From Candidatus Tayloriibacteriota bacterium (GTDB lineage Bacteria; Patescibacteriota; Minisyncoccia; Phycocordibacterales; PALSA-1337), in contig JANXRK010000045.1 in assembly GCA_025353045.1 (NCBI GenBank), forward strand, positions 1-34,800: a stretch of 34,800 nucleotides of DNA, read 5' to 3'. This document shows, piece by piece, positions 34,618 through 34,800 of this stretch (positions are counted from its first letter, which is position 1; each line of letters begins with the position of its first letter). Position numbers and translations under genes: made by a program. The notes below the pieces were generated by a model. The model did not search any database. It had not been told where the DNA came from and worked only from the letters and a program-made list of their open reading frames with translations.

Positions 34618-34800
34618 TCACAAAAATTTTATCCCTTTTTTATTTCGTGGGGATAACTTCACGTGTATCCCCTCATGGCAGTAATGGCGTGTTAAACTGA
34701 ATGCATGCACAAAACGCAGAGGTATGGCGTTCCAAGCCTGAGGCGGCAGTTTCCAACCAATAATGCCTGTTTGGAACACCTTTTCGATATGCACCACAAG
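34618..34800 (-). CDS. Possible 3' end of a minus-strand CDS running off the window (or an ncRNA region)
   Basis: A minus-strand frame is open from the window edge to the TGA at 34620-34618 (...GIIGWKLPPQAWNAIPLRFVHAFSLTRHYCHEGIHVKLSPRNKKGIKFL*). The region is GC-richer than its surroundings (28-29 G+C per 60 nt over 34681-34800, hand count). Confidence 0.25.
   Translation of the reverse strand, partial: LVVHIEKVFQTGIIGWKLPPQAWNAIPLRFVHAFSLTRHYCHEGIHVKLSPRNKKGIKFL

Noticed and set aside
34649-34672. Hairpin ggggata-N10-tatcccc as a terminator
   Set aside because: The T-run lies 5' of the hairpin on the plus strand and becomes an A-run 3' of it on the minus strand. It fits an intrinsic terminator in neither orientation.

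Overview
This is an AT-rich, tightly packed bacterial chromosomal segment. Genes are short, many overlap by 1-14 nt, Shine-Dalgarno sequences are almost absent, and there is a compact type IV pilin/prepilin-peptidase operon. Together these resemble a reduced-genome Candidate Phyla Radiation (Patescibacteria-type) organism; that assignment is inference only, since no search was run. Most of the window is housekeeping: pyrE, murB-secA, pyrG, ftsEX, prfB, gatCA, ligA, rsmI, radC, six tRNAs, and a ParD/RelE-type toxin-antitoxin pair. No CRISPR array, rRNA, transposase or integrase was seen. The best candidate for something undescribed is the cell-wall neighbourhood at about 25.3-33.4 kb. There mraY is translationally linked to an arginyl/leucyl-tRNA-protein-transferase (ATE/Bpt)-like gene and an Mpl-type Mur ligase. 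Around them sit an orphan ATP-grasp enzyme, a cytoplasmic NlpC/P60-like Cys-His protein with a small partner, an untracked 54-aa LysW-like zinc-ribbon ORF, a fold-type-II PLP enzyme, and a MurD-like ligase with degenerate motifs. Other leads: (1) a roughly 430-bp GC-rich, foreign-looking insert with its own near-consensus promoter directly upstream of the pilin operon; (2) a membrane-anchored HEPN/DUF4145-like protein fused onto the gatCA operon next to a five-tRNA cluster; (3) a recurring -10 box 6-8 nt before start codons, suggesting leaderless mRNAs; (4) two tRNAs with C at the normally invariant U55. All functional calls come from reading motifs by eye. No database search was run.
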